DNA of 64,000 nt from Octopus sinensis (GCF_006345805.1 NC_043017.1:7130001-7194000), one strand, 5' to 3'; positions 49,926-64,000 are shown, numbered from the stretch's first letter. The notes: a model not told the origin generated them from the letters alone. Made by a program: numbers and translations.

Positions 49926-51449
49926 CTGCAGGCACAAGGAAACAAAAACCAATGTACACTGTAACTTTTAAATTCAGAATAGAAGAAATTTTTAGTACAA
50001 AATAGAATTTCACAGTCTGTGTGATATAGAGGACAGTTATATACAGAACACACATATATATATCAAAAGGATGTGTTATAATACTATTCCACAGGCATAC
50101 CAACAACCCAACATACCTCCATCATCAGCTGCCCCATGGATTTCATTATGGTTTTGACACCAGGCCAGTACCATTCAATCTGGCAGTGTCCACAGCACTA
50201 AAATAAGTGTTGTTTAGGAACAAACAAACCAAAGAAACCACTCTCTCAAACACATTAAAAATGGTAACAAAAACAGGACAGTAAAGACAGTACAAAATAT
50301 AAACAGTAAAAGACAGGACAAGGAGAATAACAGTAACACAAACACAGAGAGCTGTTAAGCCACGACGAAAGAAAAAATATTTTGAACACTTTTTGAGGTC
50401 AGCAAGAGAGAGACAGGAAAGTCGTCCACACTTGAAGGAAGCCAGGTGAGAAAGACAGTAGTAGCCTCGTCGCGGGTCAACGACGGGAGGGAGGAGGAGG
50501 AGAAAAAAAAGAGAATGCTTGTAGAGAAAACCAGAAAGAATGAGGAATGAGAGAGCCCTCCCGTCGTTATATATATATATATATATATATAAAGTTCAGC
50601 AAAATTTAGATTCAAATGAATATGGTACTTAAGTCAGATGCACCAGAATTTTGTAAGGTATTATCCAAATAAATCCACGGGGTGATTATAATAAAAATAG
50701 ACAACAAGAAAATGTTTATTAAAATGATGTAGCATGAAACGATCGTACCAAATTACCGGAGATATACTTGTTTCTTATTTTGATATATATATAAAGCCAA
50801 AATCATAGTTGTGGCCAGTACCCCAACTGGCTCCTGTTCCGGTGGCACATAAAATGCATCATCTAAACATACTCAATGCCAGTCTCCACTGACTGGCTCC
50901 TGTGCTGGTGGCACATAAAAAGCCACTATCCAAATGTGGTCGATGCCAGTGCCCCCAACTGGCTCCCAAAGTGATGGCACGTAAAAAGCTGTATCCAAAC
51001 ATGATCGATGCCAGGGCCGCCTGACTGGTTCCCATGCTGGTGGCACATAAAAAGCTACCAATACACTCTCAGAGTGGTTGGCGTTAGGAAGGGTATCCAA
51101 CTGTAGAAACTGTCCAATCCATGCCAGCATGGAAAACGGATGTTAAACGATGATATAGTCATGTGATTTTGCTATTATAATTTTGTGTAAGAAATTTTTT
51201 AAGTGGTGTTCTAAATTATAATTCAACCGCAAGATGTTAATTATTTCACTAAATTTCCCTTCAGACTCTTAATTTCAAAATTAATTAAAACATAGAGGCA
51301 GAGTATTTCATTAAAAACACAGTTTAAAACAGGAATGTTTGTAATATGGAGAGGCATACATGACATGATCCGTACGAGGAGAGACATATTTTACACAATC
51401 TTAGGAATTGCTGTTTTAGTAGGAAATAAAAAGGTAAAAAACGACTTAC

Positions 51450-51539
51450 GTTTCTTCAAGAAAATTTTGGTAGCAAAATCTTTTCCATAGCAGATCATCA
51501 AAATGAATATCGTAGAAACGTCTACACACTTTGCAGCAC
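51450..51539 (-). CDS. FBXO3: FBXO3 coding exon 2
   Basis: CCKVCRRFYDIHFDDLLWKRFCYQNFLEE (F-box C-half); AG/GTAAGT boundaries; phases 2/2. Confidence 0.92.
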
Positions 51540-52065
51540 CTACAATGTGAAACAACAATATACACCGTTGCAGCGAGTGAATATATACAGACAAAATAAA
51601 GATACATACCTTTACAGTTAGAGGATATATAAGAGAAAAATAAAGATTGATACTGTTCTAGTGATAATATGAGGTACTTATTTTGTTGACCCCCAAGAGG
51701 ATGAAAGCAAAGTTGGCCTTGGCTGAAATTGAACTCAGAACAAGTCTGGTGAGCTAACAATTCTGCCAGTTTGCCACCTTATTATAATAAATAAATAATG
51801 ATGTACAGTTTTGTAGTTGCAATATGATGGATAAATAAAGACATCCACTGGCAGCTACATCATTATCCTCATCATTTAACTTCCGTTTTCCATCCTGGCA
51901 TGACAGGAGCTGGCAAGCCAGAGGACTGCACCAAGCTCTACTGTCTGTTTTGGCATGACTTCTACTGTTGGATGCCCTTCCTAATGCCAACCACTTTACA
52001 CAGTGAACTCGGTATCTTTCACATGGTACCAGCAATGGTGAGGTCTATTTTGGCATAGTTTTTAC

Positions 52066-52304
52066 CAGGGCTGTGGAGTCAAAACAAAAAACTCTGACTC
52101 CTTTTTATGTAATTAAGTGATTGTGGTCTACATATCTCATAAAGCATACACTTGTACTTTGAGTCGGCCTATACATTATAGCTGGTTTATATTAAAGAAG
52201 AAAGACACTGTGAGTCGGAGTCAGTATAGTTTTACCGACTCCAATTCTGACTCCAGCAACCCCTTAATTGTTTCCGACTCCATGACTCTCACTCCACAGC
52301 CCTG
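52066..52304. mobile_element. hAT-like MITE
   Basis: TIR CAGGGCTGTGGAGT / ACTCCACAGCCCTG; 8-bp TSD GTTTTTAC. Confidence 0.88.
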
Positions 52305-52849
52305 GTTTTTACAGCTGGATATATATGGTGTTAAAGCCACAATAAGGAACAGAAATAAACACAAGTACATTTTTACTGCTACAACATGATACGGAAATAA
52401 TTATTGTTACTATCATAGCTACAACATTCATGTAGTGTCATAGCACAATATTAATATGCATATAACACAGAAACATCATTCTATATGACCTTCAAGGTAC
52501 ACTGGCACCTCGTCACCACCATCTTTATTTCACTTCCAGTTCCACTCCAATTACTCCCACCCACCACCACTATCACTATCATCAGCATTTAACATCCATG
52601 TTCTATGCTGGTGTGGGTCTGATGGTTTGACAGGAGCTGGTAAGCCAGAGGGCTGTGCCAAGTTCCACCGACCATTTCAGCATGATTTTTACAGCTGGAT
52701 GCCCTTCCTAACACCATCTTTATATAGTGCAATCTAGCCATCTATTTCTATGGCAAAAAATCTGTTCCTGCCCCCTTTTTTTCCATACTTTAACCTCTTA
52801 ATCCCCTAGCACAAAGTTGCCTCCCATCATCACCATCACCTCCTTAACA

Positions 52850-52979
52850 CAGGGGTCCCCAAAGTTTTCAGATCATCGACCCCCGGGGATGTACAAGAAA
52901 ATAAATATATGATAATAATTAAGTGCAGTTATCGACCCCCCCCCCCAGGGGTCAATATCAACTACTTTAGGGACCCCAG
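52850..52979. mobile_element. Short hAT-like MITE
   Basis: TIR CAGGGGTCCCCAAAGT / ACTTTAGGGACCCCAG; imperfect 8-bp TSD CCTTAACA/CCTTAATA. Confidence 0.7.
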
Positions 52980-53900
52980 CCTTAATACAAACAAGGTTGT
53001 TCTTTCCAGTTTCCTGTGTAAAACATGTTACAAAAGAATAATATTTTGCTCAGAAACAGGTGAGGATTGGTGACAGGAGGGGGGCTTCCAGCCATAGAAA
53101 ATATGCCTTAAGTTCCATCTGACCATGTAAGCGTGGGAAAGTGGTCATTAAAACGATGATGATGATGACAGGTGCACACACAGATATAGGTATCATCATC
53201 ATCGTCGCCGTCATTGTTTTAATGACCACCTTTTATGCTTGAATGCATCGGCTGGATACTCGTCCTGTTGCCAACACTTACCTGTTTACAAGCAAAGTAT
53301 TATCATCCTGTGAAGGCACATGGCTCAGTGGTTATAGCGTCAGACTCACAATTATGGGGTAGTGAGTTCGATCCACGGACCAGGCTGTGTGTTGTGTTCT
53401 TGAGCAAGACTCTTTATTTTCATGTCGCTCCAGTTCACTCCGCTGTAGAAATGAGGTGCAACATCACTGGTGCCAAGCTGTATCGGCCCCTTTACGTTTC
53501 CCATGGATAACATTGGTGGCATGGAAAGGGGTGACTGGCATACATGGGTGACTGTTGGTCTTCCATAAACAACCTTGCCCAGCCTTGTGCCTCAGACGGG
53601 GAACTTTCTAGATGCAATCCCTTGGTCACTTGTAACCGAAGGGGGTCTTTACCCTATTATCTCCTCATAGCCAGACATATTTAACAAGACTTGAGATGAA
53701 GGTGATGCTTGTTAACAATTATTGTGCAATGACAGGACAAACAGACACACATGGAAAACATGTCAAATGATGATAAGTAAAATAACAGATTTTGGTTTAT
53801 AATTTCTAAGTTCTACAATTATTTCAATGGTTAACATTTAAACACCATCAATATATATATATATATATATATATGCACTTATAAATACATACATACACAC

Positions 53901-53960
<60 letters not shown>

Positions 53961-54193
53961 AATATGTGTGTGTATGTATAGAGACAAACACACATATAAG
54001 TGTAAATATGTGTGTGTGTGAAAAGTCTGAATTATATTTCGTCCTTTTATTTTGGAAGGTTCTATGGGATACCTTTCCATAAATTCACATAACACACCAC
54101 ACACACACATATATATATATATATAATGTAATGATGTATGTGTGTGCGCATATGCATTTATATATATATATATAAAGATATATAATAAAAATG

Positions 54194-54234
<41 letters not shown>

Positions 54235-54699
54235 CTTCCCTTCTTTAGTTTTTCAAACAATTTATTTCGAATTCCATTTTCCAATGTTTTCATTCCTGTT
54301 TGACGACTTCAATGTTATTTGTCAGTTATTTTCTTAAAACTGTGTGTAACCGCGTAATGGCAGTATTATTGACCCGAAAAAAAAATTATGCGGATTGTTA
54401 ATTAGAATTTTTGTTGTTATATTTACGTCCCAAAAAAGGAAAAAATATTGCGCTGCAAAATATTCATTTCAAACTAGACGAACGTGGTATTACCATAATT
54501 TAGAATTTCCTGAATATTGTAGAATAGCCGAGACATACTTTTGATAATAAACAAATAAAGGAACCTAAAATTAGGACAGTTGCTTTTTGTAAAGAATATT
54601 ATATGAAGAATAAGAGACAAACACAGCGAAGGAAATTATTAAACAGTGCAGCAGGATGCATAAAAAACCAAAATAGCAAGGAAAAGGTCGAATTCTTAC

Positions 54700-54800
54700 C
54701 TGATTAAATCTCTAAAATCAAAATATGAAAATATATGAACGAGAGTTTCTGGGGGAAGATGGAAAATGTTGCATTGGGTTTGTTGAGCAGAGATTTCCAT
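54700..54800 (-). CDS. FBXO3: F-box only protein 3, coding exon 1 (F-box N-half)
   Basis: MEISAQQTQCNIFHLPPETLVHIFSYFDFRDLI(R), F-box LPxE..IFSY pattern; donor GTAAGA, phase 2. An acceptor-like ttccag precedes the ATG, so an upstream exon may exist. Confidence 0.88.
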
Positions 54801-55369
54801 CTGGAAACGTCAAATGAAGAAAGACTGGAAGAGTGAGGAAACCAACGGGTCACTGGTGTGTGTGTGGTTCGAATAAGCGAATAGTGTGGTGTGAGATTAG
54901 AAGACATGGACAGGGCGGCAGGGGGGCCTTAATGTATGCATAATGTTTAGGATAATAAAGGGAAAACTTGGAGGAAAAGAAACTTTGGAATACTCGGTCA
55001 ATAAATAAACTATTAGTTACCTCCCTTGCCGGTGATAGGCCTGAAACTTACTCCGTGATAAAAAGAGATGATTTATGCAAAGACTGCAATACACACACAC
55101 ACATACACATATATATATATACATAAAAAGCATACACACACATACATACATATGTGTGTGTGTTTTTTTATTCTTTTACTTGTTTCAGTGATTTCACGGT
55201 AGTCGTGCTGGAGCACCCCCACTTTCGTCGAACTAATCGATCCCAGGACTCATTCTTTGTAAGCCTAGTAGTCATTCTATCGGTTTGTTTTGCCGAACCG
55301 CTAAGTTACTCGGACGTAAATACACCAACATCAATTGTCAAGCGATGGCGGGGACAAACACAGATACAC

Positions 55370-55442
55370 GAATACATACATACATACGTACGTACGTACA
55401 TACATACATACATATACATACATACATACATACATACATACA

Positions 55443-55473
<31 letters not shown>

Positions 55474-56115
55474 CATACATACATACATACATTACATACA
55501 TACATACATACATACACATACATACATACCATACATACATACATCCATACATACACACATACATACATACATACATACATACATACATACATACATACAT
55601 ACATACATACATACATACATACATACATACATACACACATACATACATACATCCATACATACACACATACATACATACATCCATCCATACATACATACAT
55701 GCATACATACATACATACATACATACATACATACATCCATACATACATACATACATCCATACATACATACATACATACATACATCCATACACACACACAT
55801 ACATACATACATACATACATACATACATACATCCATACACACATACATACATACATGCATACACACATACATACATACATACATACATACATACATACAT
55901 CCATACATACATACATACGTACATACATACATACATACATACATACATACATACATCCATACATACATACATACGTACATACACACATACATACATACAT
56001 ACATACATCCATACATACACGCATACATACATACATCCATCCATACATACATACATACATACATACATACACACATACGTGCGTGCATGCATGCATACAT
56101 ACATACATACATATA
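55370..56115. repeat. (TACA)n microsatellite expanded inside a family B SINE
   Basis: Directly visible; SINE sequence resumes on both sides. Confidence 0.97.
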
Positions 56116-56699
56116 CGTCGGGCTTCTATGAGTTTCCGTCTACCAAGTCCACTCACAAGGCTTTGGTCGGCCCGTGGCTATAGTAGAAGACACTTGCCCA
56201 AGGTGCCACACAGCGTGGGTGGGAAGCAACCTTCTTTATTTCTTTTAAATTGCCATAAAGGCATTACATAGAGGGGGGGACACTACAACACATGTGGGGA
56301 CATGTAGCAACATAAAAATATGGCGCTATGAATGACACATGAAAATGGAGATGAGAAACAGTAAATTCAAAATATTAAAATAATGATACATGAATGATGT
56401 CTGAGAAATGAGAATATGAAAAGTGTGTTACTCACCCCCACACTGAGTAACGCCACCCCTTAGTCCTGAGTCCTCTTTGGTCTTTGATCTAGTCTTTCAT
56501 TTACCATTTTCCCCATCGCTGAGTGACAACACTCTCTCCTCCATGTACACGTAACCTTTTTTCACCGGGGGGAGGAGTCTTGTAAATTTTGTGGTGTCTG
56601 TTCTTTCTTCTTTTTTTTTACCTGTGAGGAGATTGGAAGGTATAAGACAAATAGTGTCTGTATGGGGAGGGTGGGTCTGAGTGGTCTTGGGTGGGATGG

Positions 56700-57700
56700 A
56701 GTTGGTCTGGGGTCCCACATCACACTGACTATTCTTCCGCTTCTTTCTCTTTTTCCTTTTATTCTCTGTCCCTGTCCTTTCATCCTCCTTGTTCTTTCTA
56801 TCTGTGCTTCTTCTTTTTTCTCCTCCATTTCCAGCACCACTTCTGTTGTTTTCCTCCGTTGAGGGCAGTGAGCTCTAATGTGGCATTTTTGGCCACATTT
56901 AAAGCATAGCGGAACTCTGCCCTCTACCCATACTCTCAATACTATTTCTCCCAACATCACTGTCTCTGCCAAATTTTCCGGGTGCTTCACCTCTGCTTCT
57001 ATGATGATTTTCAAGGTTTTTCCTCTATATCCTCCTTCCTCCATCTCTGTGGCTTGGAGGACAGCCATCTCCTCCTCACTACCAACGAGGACAGCTGCCG
57101 CAACCCAAGCCACTTCTATATTGGGTGGGATTCCTTCTACCCTCACCTTAGAAGTCTTTCTTCCAAGGTATGTGGGTAGAAGTACTACTTCTTCCGTTTT
57201 TACAGTTGTACTCACCAGCCTCTTTGCCTCCTCTGCAGTCCTAAACTGGACAACCACTGTCCCATATCCATTTCCTTTCGCTATGAGTGTCATTTCCTTT
57301 GAAAGCCCCTTCAATGCTTTTTCTACTTTTTCCCATCTCCATCCACTCCACCCTCCTACTCTCCACTGAGTACACCTCGTAGATAATGGTTTTCTTTTCC
57401 ATATTTTCCATGACCCTTTTGGAGGATAATAACTTTACGTCACCTCCCACCTTCTGTGTCATCTGTCTCAGTTCCTTCAGTCTGGCTAGGTCCACCTCCC
57501 TTTTCTTGACCTCTGCAGCTTTGGCAAAACCCTTTACTCTTTCCAAATGCTCATCCATTCTATTTACCGCCTTAAAGAGCTCCTCCTCTGCTGAGGATTG
57601 CTCATACTCGCTAAGGTCTGAATACATTTTCTTCCACTGGTACAACACTCACCGACAAACCGCCACCAAGCAGTACAAAAATTTCTGTCTAACTCATCAA
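56700..57700 (-). mobile_element. Non-LTR retrotransposon ORF1 (gag-like, zinc knuckle), frameshifted
   Basis: Overlapping ORFs 57241-57648 and 56562-57314; CFKCGQKCHIRAHC (CX2CX4HX4C); no ORF2 follows. Confidence 0.75.
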
Positions 57701-58541
57701 AAATCAACAGAGCGAATAAACCAACTCATGCGTGGAGGCAAGCTTCTTTATTTCATTTAATTTGCCACAAGGGCAGCACACAGAGAGAAGCTTGTGTGCT
57801 GGACATGGACAAGATGAGACAAAATGAAACAAAATGATACGGATGAGAGGGATGTCAGTGCCCACCGACCAACAAACCCTCGAATACAAAGTTTCTTACA
57901 ACAATTCTCTTTGTCAGGTCCCCCAAGCTAAGTGACTTGCCGCCTGCAGACAACTCTGCATCGACAAGTCAGGGCCTGCAAAGAGGCAAGCTTCTTACCA
58001 CAGACACTCCTGCACCTGTATGTGTATATATACCACCATGTTTCACCACCATGTAGCATAGCTGTTCATAAACAAGCTTAGTATAATCTGCCTTTCCTTC
58101 TGAGGAAGAGGTCCTTTGTTAACATTGTTACCAAAAAGGGTAATAGCTCCCTGAACTTTGGCCAGCTGGTTCTAATTCTAGCAACTATGATTTCACACAT
58201 ACACACACACATGGGTGTAAATGCATGTATGTACACATGTATATATGCATGCATGTGTATGTAATGTATGTATTTGTGAGAAAAAAAGAAACAGAGGAAT
58301 AAAGAAAGAGATTGGAAGGTATAAGACAAATATTCAAATGAATAATTTTTTGAAATAAGTTTTATCAGGGACATATTTCAAAAGTTACACATCTCTGCAC
58401 CAAAAGCCATTATGTGACTTTCTGTGATGGCACCTACAGCAGTATAGTTTATTTTCTCAGAGCATCCACATTTAATTGGGAATTTGACTAAAGGTGGTAC
58501 TCCAGCATGGCCGCAGTCAAATGACTGAAACAAGTAAAAGA

Positions 58542-58586
<45 letters not shown>

Positions 58587-59319
58587 TACATGCATATATA
58601 TATGTTCAATCTGTCCTCAACAATTTTCAGAAAAAATAAAAGGTATTTTACAATCCCTAAAAGTGAATCCTCGTTTTTCTAGTACAAGGGCTAAAATAAC
58701 CTGTGTTAACGCATGGTCAATTAAATGATCAGCTATGTGCATCAGTGTCTACTCGGTGACCTCATCTGACCTTTCTACTGACACCAACTGCTGGTCCAAC
58801 TGAATTCCTCTGACACATTGACAAACATAAAATGTAAACCTAGCATTTATAGATTATTGCAAATATTTCACAATGACTAAAGTGTCTGAGCACTAGGAGT
58901 TTCTTACATTTGTGCGTGTGTGTGTGTGTGGTTATGAAGCTTGCTTTGCAACTACTTGGTTTAAGGTTCAGCCCCACTGCTCAGTACCGGGAGCAAGGTG
59001 TCTTCTATCAAGCCCTGGGTCAACCAATGACTTGTGGGTGAATTTGGTAGACAGAAACTGTGTTGAAGCCCATTGCGTGTGTGTGTGTGTATCTTTTATC
59101 TTTTATCTGTTTCAGTCATTAGACTGTGGCCATGCTGGGGTACTGCCTTGAAGAATTTCTAGTCGAATGAACCAATCTCTGTACTTATTCTATCAGTCTC
59201 TTTTGCCAAACCACTTAGTTACGGGGACATAAACACACCAACACCAGTTGTCAAGTGGTGGAGGGGGACAAACTCACACACAAAGAAACACACACCTCAC
59301 ATGTAAACTCACACACAAG

Positions 59320-59351
<32 letters not shown>

Positions 59352-59649
59352 TGGAGTGGTTGGCATTAGGAAGGGCATCCAGCTGTAGGAACTCTGCCAG
59401 ATCAAGATTGGAGCCTGGTGCAGCCATCTGGTTCACAGTCCTCATTCAAATCGTCCAACCCATGCTAGCATGGAAAGCAGATGTTAAACGATGATGATGA
59501 TATATATAAACAACAGGCTTCTTTTAGTTTCCATCTACTAAAATCACTAACAAGCTTTGGTTGGCCCAAGGCATCCTGTGTTTGGAAACACAAGGAAACC
59601 AGCAGGATCTGCCAGAAACAACATCAGATATTTCCATGATGTGGTCAGC

Positions 59650-60070
59650 TTACTCTTTTACTCTTTTACTTGTTTCAGTCATTTGACTGTGGCCATGCTG
59701 GAGCACCGCCTTTAGTCGAGCAACTCGACCCCGGGACTTATTCTTTTTGTAAGCCCAGTACTTATTCTATCAGTCTCTTTTTGCCGAACCGCTAAGTGAC
59801 TGGGACGTAAACACACCAGCATCGGTTGTCAAGCAATGCTAGGAGAACAAACACAGACACACAAACATACACACATACACATATATATATACATATATAT
59901 ATACATATATACGACAGGCTTCTTTCAGTTTCCGTCTACCAAATCCACTCACAAGGCATTGGTCGGCCCGGGGCTATAGCACAAGACACTTGCCCAAGAT
60001 GCCACGCAGTGGGACTGAACCCGGAACCATGTGGTTGGTTAGCAAGCTACTTACCAAACAGCCACTCCTG
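59650..60070 (-). mobile_element. tRNA-derived SINE (family B), near full length; other copies at e.g. 13025-13450, 45030-45390, 55170-56215, 62865-63245
   Basis: Recurrent head gtggctgt.tggtaag...ggttcagtcccactgc and tail ccagcatggccacagtcaaatgactgaaacaagtaaaagag, found many times in the window. Confidence 0.8.
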
Positions 60071-60084
60071 CGTCTGGTGTGCTT

Positions 60085-60438
60085 GGTGTGCTTTTGATCA
60101 GGTATCAGAAGAGGTGGCACCCATCGAGCAGAGACCTTCACTGTGCCACCTTTGTAGTGCAGAATATTCTCAACTCTCTCATGGGATATGCTAATGGCAT
60201 TGGGTGTTTGATTTTTAGTCAATCGTATCATCTATCACCAAGTGGTCGACATGGTCAATGTTTTCCTCTGGATGTCCTGCGTAATTCAGATACCATCTTT
60301 GGCACCGTTGAGAAAGCTGAAATGTTACCCACCAATGTAGCAACCATGTCAACATGAATGTCCTTGTGGATGGGGGGGAGGAGCAAAACCCCTTTTCTGC
60401 AGGTACTTGATAACACCACAATGCCAAATTCTGTCCAT
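60085..60438 (-). mobile_element. Mariner transposase N-terminal relic
   Basis: MDRIWHCGVIKYLQK..., KDIHVDMVATL, ISHERVENILH...KVSARWVPPLL (WVPxxL motif); frameshifted. Confidence 0.8.
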
Positions 60439-60539
60439 TTTTAGGAGAAGCTGCTTCTGATTATATTTGAAGTTTTCTTTGAGCAGTCACATGTCAATTT
60501 ACCTGGAAAGAACAATACAGTTCTGTAATGTATAAAACC

Positions 60540-60910
60540 AGTAAATCCTGGTTCAAAGAAACTAAATTTTTTTTTCTTAGTCTCTACGTTATTCCGAATG
60601 GCCATTCTCACGCTTCCTCTTCCTGGTAAATACACATGCTCTTTATATTAACGTTGTTTGCACAACATTCACTCCCTCCTAGAAAAAGAAGGAAAAGAAA
60701 ATCACAGATCAAGCCTTTCAGGGGCTTTCTGAATTCTTTGTGATCGATGCAGCTGAGGGGATTCTTCCTTTTGTTCTTGACGGTTATCTCTTGGAGGAAG
60801 AGAAATTTTAGTTGGTTCTTTGTCCGACTCTTGAGGGACAAACGTTTGAGTTAGGTTATCAATTGGTTAATCCTGCTGGTTTTTTTGTATGTTTCCAAAC
60901 ACAGGATGCC
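60540..60910 (-). mobile_element. Ty3/Gypsy-like pol end, polypurine tract and start of 3' LTR
   Basis: Minus frame ends ...PQLHRSQRIQKAPERLDL* (stop at 60702-60704), then AGGAGGGAG (60680-60672) followed by TG; LTR extent uncertain. Confidence 0.65.
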
Positions 60911-61729
60911 TTGGGCCAACCAAAAGCTTGTTAGTGGTTTTAGTAGATGGAAACTAAAAGAAGCCTGTTATATATATATATATAATATATATATATCATC
61001 ACATACACACACATGACAGGCTTCTTTCAGTTTCTGTCTACCAAATCCACTCAGAAAGCCTTGGTCGGCCCAGGGCTATAGTGGAAGACATTTGCCCAAG
61101 GTGCCACACAGTGGGACTGAACCCAGAACCATGTGGTTGGGAAGCAAGCTACTTACCGCACAGCCACACCGGGGGTAGGGTACAAAAAGAAGTCTTTCCA
61201 CATGTGTTTATGTCGTGTTTGTCTTGCAACACCACCTGACAACTGGTGTTGGTTCATTGACATCCCTCATATCTTTGTGGTTTAGAAAAAGAGATCGATA
61301 AGAATAAATACCAGACTTTAAAAAAAAGATTAGTCCTGGGACCGATTTGTTTAACTAAACCCTTCAAAACGGTGCCCCAGCATGGCCAAAGTCCAATGAC
61401 TGAAACAAGTAAAAAACAAGCAATAAAAGATATATATTGGTTAAAAAAAACCCTCCAAAAAACTTGCATTAATCTTTGGAAAGGAATTTCAACTTGAACT
61501 TGGCTCCTCGGAAGAAAACCTGTGTGGGTGTCCATAATTATAGGGTTAGGGTTAGGGTCTGTTGCTGCTAGCTATCTGTTTAGCTATGAATCTTCTTCAC
61601 CCTTGTCTGACAATGCCATAATGACTGTCTACAATGGAGTCAGGGTGCTTTTATGTCTAGACATATGAAATATTTACTATGAAGGAAACAGGGGTGGGTT
61701 GGGGGTGGCTGGCTGGCTGGCTGGTAGGT

Positions 61730-62135
61730 GATGTGGTGGTGGTGGTGGTGGTGGTGGTAGGGGTGACAGCAGCAGAGGGGGAGGTTGTGGTGGTGGCGGT
61801 GATGGTGGTAGTGTTAGTGGTGGTGGTGGCAGTGGCAGTAGTGGAGGTAGTGGCAGTGATAGTGGTGATTATGGTGGTGGTGGCTGTGGAGGTGGGGGCG
61901 GTAATAGTGGTTGTGGTGATGGCAATGGTGGTGGTGGTTGCTGTCATTTCTGGTAGTGATATTGAAGGTAGTGGCAGTCGTGGTGGAGGAGGAGGTGGTG
62001 GTTGTGGTGATGGCAGTGGTGGTGGTAGTGGTTGTTGTCGTTTCTGATACTGGAGGTAGTGGCAATGGCAGTGGTGGTAGAGGAGGTGCTGGTGGCGGTG
62101 GAGGCAGTGGTGATGGTGGTGGTGGTGGTGGTGTC
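61730..62135. repeat. (GGT/GGC/AGT)n trinucleotide low-complexity tract; similar (CAT/CAC)n at 9285-9510
   Basis: Directly visible. Confidence 0.92.
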
Positions 62136-64000
62136 TGTGGTTGCAGAGGTATATTGTCGGACACATCATGGGGGAATTACGATAATAAGCTGCCTCAGTC
62201 AACTTAAGGACAAGTGTCACTCGGTCGAGTCTTTATAGAAACATGCGTATGTCATAACACGTATATGTCATTCATATGCTAACACAACAACCTGAGGACA
62301 TTGAAATTCATGTTACGTTAAACACACATAAACTCCTAAAATAGACTGGGATTTTTTCTCATTTATTATTCTAATAATTAATTAATTTATTTATTTTATA
62401 ATTTATCAAATTATTATATATCAAATTGTTTTTTTTTTCATGATAATAATGAGGGTTTGATAGGTCTATAAATTTTTATAATTCTGCAGCAGGTAAGTTT
62501 TAGCAGTGGTTGATATAAACCAGAACAGTGCAATAGGAATGGGGTCTACTTTATTTTGAAGATAACATGTGACAGCACAAAAGCAAACTGCCCTGCCTGG
62601 GACCATAAACACACAGTTACCATCTGAAGGAATTGAATGCGCAACCATTCGGTGAGTAACCTGTTATTTTAATCACATAGTATAATAACAATATCTTGTA
62701 GTTAGTATCCATTTATACAATGTTTATAGTAGTGGTTCCCAACCTTTTCACAGTGGTTCCCAGGAATGGTTCCCCGACCCTTTTATTTAAATGAGTTTTC
62801 CCACAGACCCCTTTTAATATGCTTATCCTCAGCTGCTCCTGCTTAAACCATCAATTGTCTGTACTCTTTACTCTTTTACTTGTTTCAGTCATTTGACTGT
62901 GGCCATGCTGGAACACCACCTTTAGTTGAGCAAATCGAGCCTAGTACTTATTCTATCGGTCTCTTTTGCCAAACCACTAAATTACGGGGACGTAAACACA
63001 CCACCATCGGTTTTCAAGTGATGTTGGGGGAACAAACACAGACATATACACACACACATACATATATATATATACACATATACACGACGGGCTTCTTTCA
63101 GTTTCCGTCTACCAAATCCACTCACAAGGCTTTGGTCAGCCCGAGGCTATAGTAGAAGACACTTGCCCAAGGTGCCATGCAGTAGGACTGAACCCAGAAC
63201 CACGTGGTAGGTAAACAAGCTACTTACCACATAGCCACTCCTGCACCTAAACTATTCCTTCAAATTTACGTTCTGAGTTCAAATTCTGCTGAAGTCAACT
63301 TATCCTTCATCCTTTCGGGGTCGATTAAATAAGTACCAGTTATGCACTGGAGTCAATGTAATCGACTTAATCCCTTTGTATGACCTTGTCTGTACCCTCT
63401 ATGTTTATCCTCCTGTGGGCAATAAAGAAATATTCGTTGGTTACTAAGGTGGCAAGCTGGCAGAAACGTTAGCACGCTGGGAAAAATGCTTTGTGGTATT
63501 TCATCTGTCTTTATGTTCTGAGTTCAAATTCCACTGAGGTCAGCTTTGCCTTTCATCCATTAGGGGTCGATAAATTAAGTACCAGTTGTGCACTGGGATC
63601 GATCTAATTAACTGCCCCCACCAAAAACAAAAATTGGGGGCCTTGTGCCTAGAGTAGAAAAAATTCTTTCAGTACCTGTTAATCAGCAGGATCGATGTAA
63701 TCGACTTAATTCCTTTGTCTGTCCTTGTGTTGTCCCCTCTATGTTTAGACCCCGCCCCTCTGCAGGCAATAAAAAAATAAATATATAATCATCGTCATCA
63801 TTAGCATGGCTTTCGTATCCACTGTTTTTCATGCTACCACGGGTCGGAAAGAATTTGATGAGGTAGATTTTTCTATGTCCAGATACCCTTCCTGTTGCCA
63901 ACCATTACAGTTTGCCAAGCAAAGTAATATTTACTTATGATCAGGTAAGACTAAAAACAAACAACACCGCTTGTATGATGGTGTTACTCATTTACAACTA

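Noticed and set aside
54494-54536. MSRLFYNIQEILNY as an alternative FBXO3 first exon, and a donor at 51609
   Set aside because: Phases do not fit exon 2; the 54700-54800 exon completes the F-box correctly.
55154-56271. ORFs of 200-330 aa (HTYI / MYVC repeats)
   Set aside because: Stop-free (TACA)n microsatellite inside a SINE.
61541-61557. Interstitial telomere (TTAGGG)n
   Set aside because: Under three units; better explained as part of a small repeat element.
61657-62238. Poly-H/T/V/G ORFs, also 9210-9714
   Set aside because: Trinucleotide low-complexity tracts with no convincing splice context or domain.
62600-62648. SIPSDGNCVF resembling the OTU protease catalytic motif
   Set aside because: Only a short motif; the downstream sequence does not continue an OTU domain and no matching exons were found.

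Overview
AT-rich, repeat-dense eukaryotic DNA; the SINE and LINE-tail repertoire looks like an octopod cephalopod (inference from repeat recognition only). Two spliced genes, missed by the ORF track, can be rebuilt with consistent exon phases. RPL36A/eL42 (+) has 5 coding exons (28893-39373, 106 aa), a TCT/5'TOP start and a GC-AG last intron. FBXO3 (-) converges on it with 11 coding exons (54800-40211, 411 aa; F-box, SMI1/KNR4, ApaG). The most striking feature is a tandem-duplicated array of about 9 copies, in two subfamilies, of a ~190-nt hairpin-H box-hairpin-ACA RNA, all inside the single 7-kb GC-AG intron of RPL36A; I could not assign its target. Several long near-perfect fold-backs lie in FBXO3 introns. 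The rest is SINEs, hAT- and piggyBac-like MITEs, LINE, Gypsy and mariner relics, and microsatellites.
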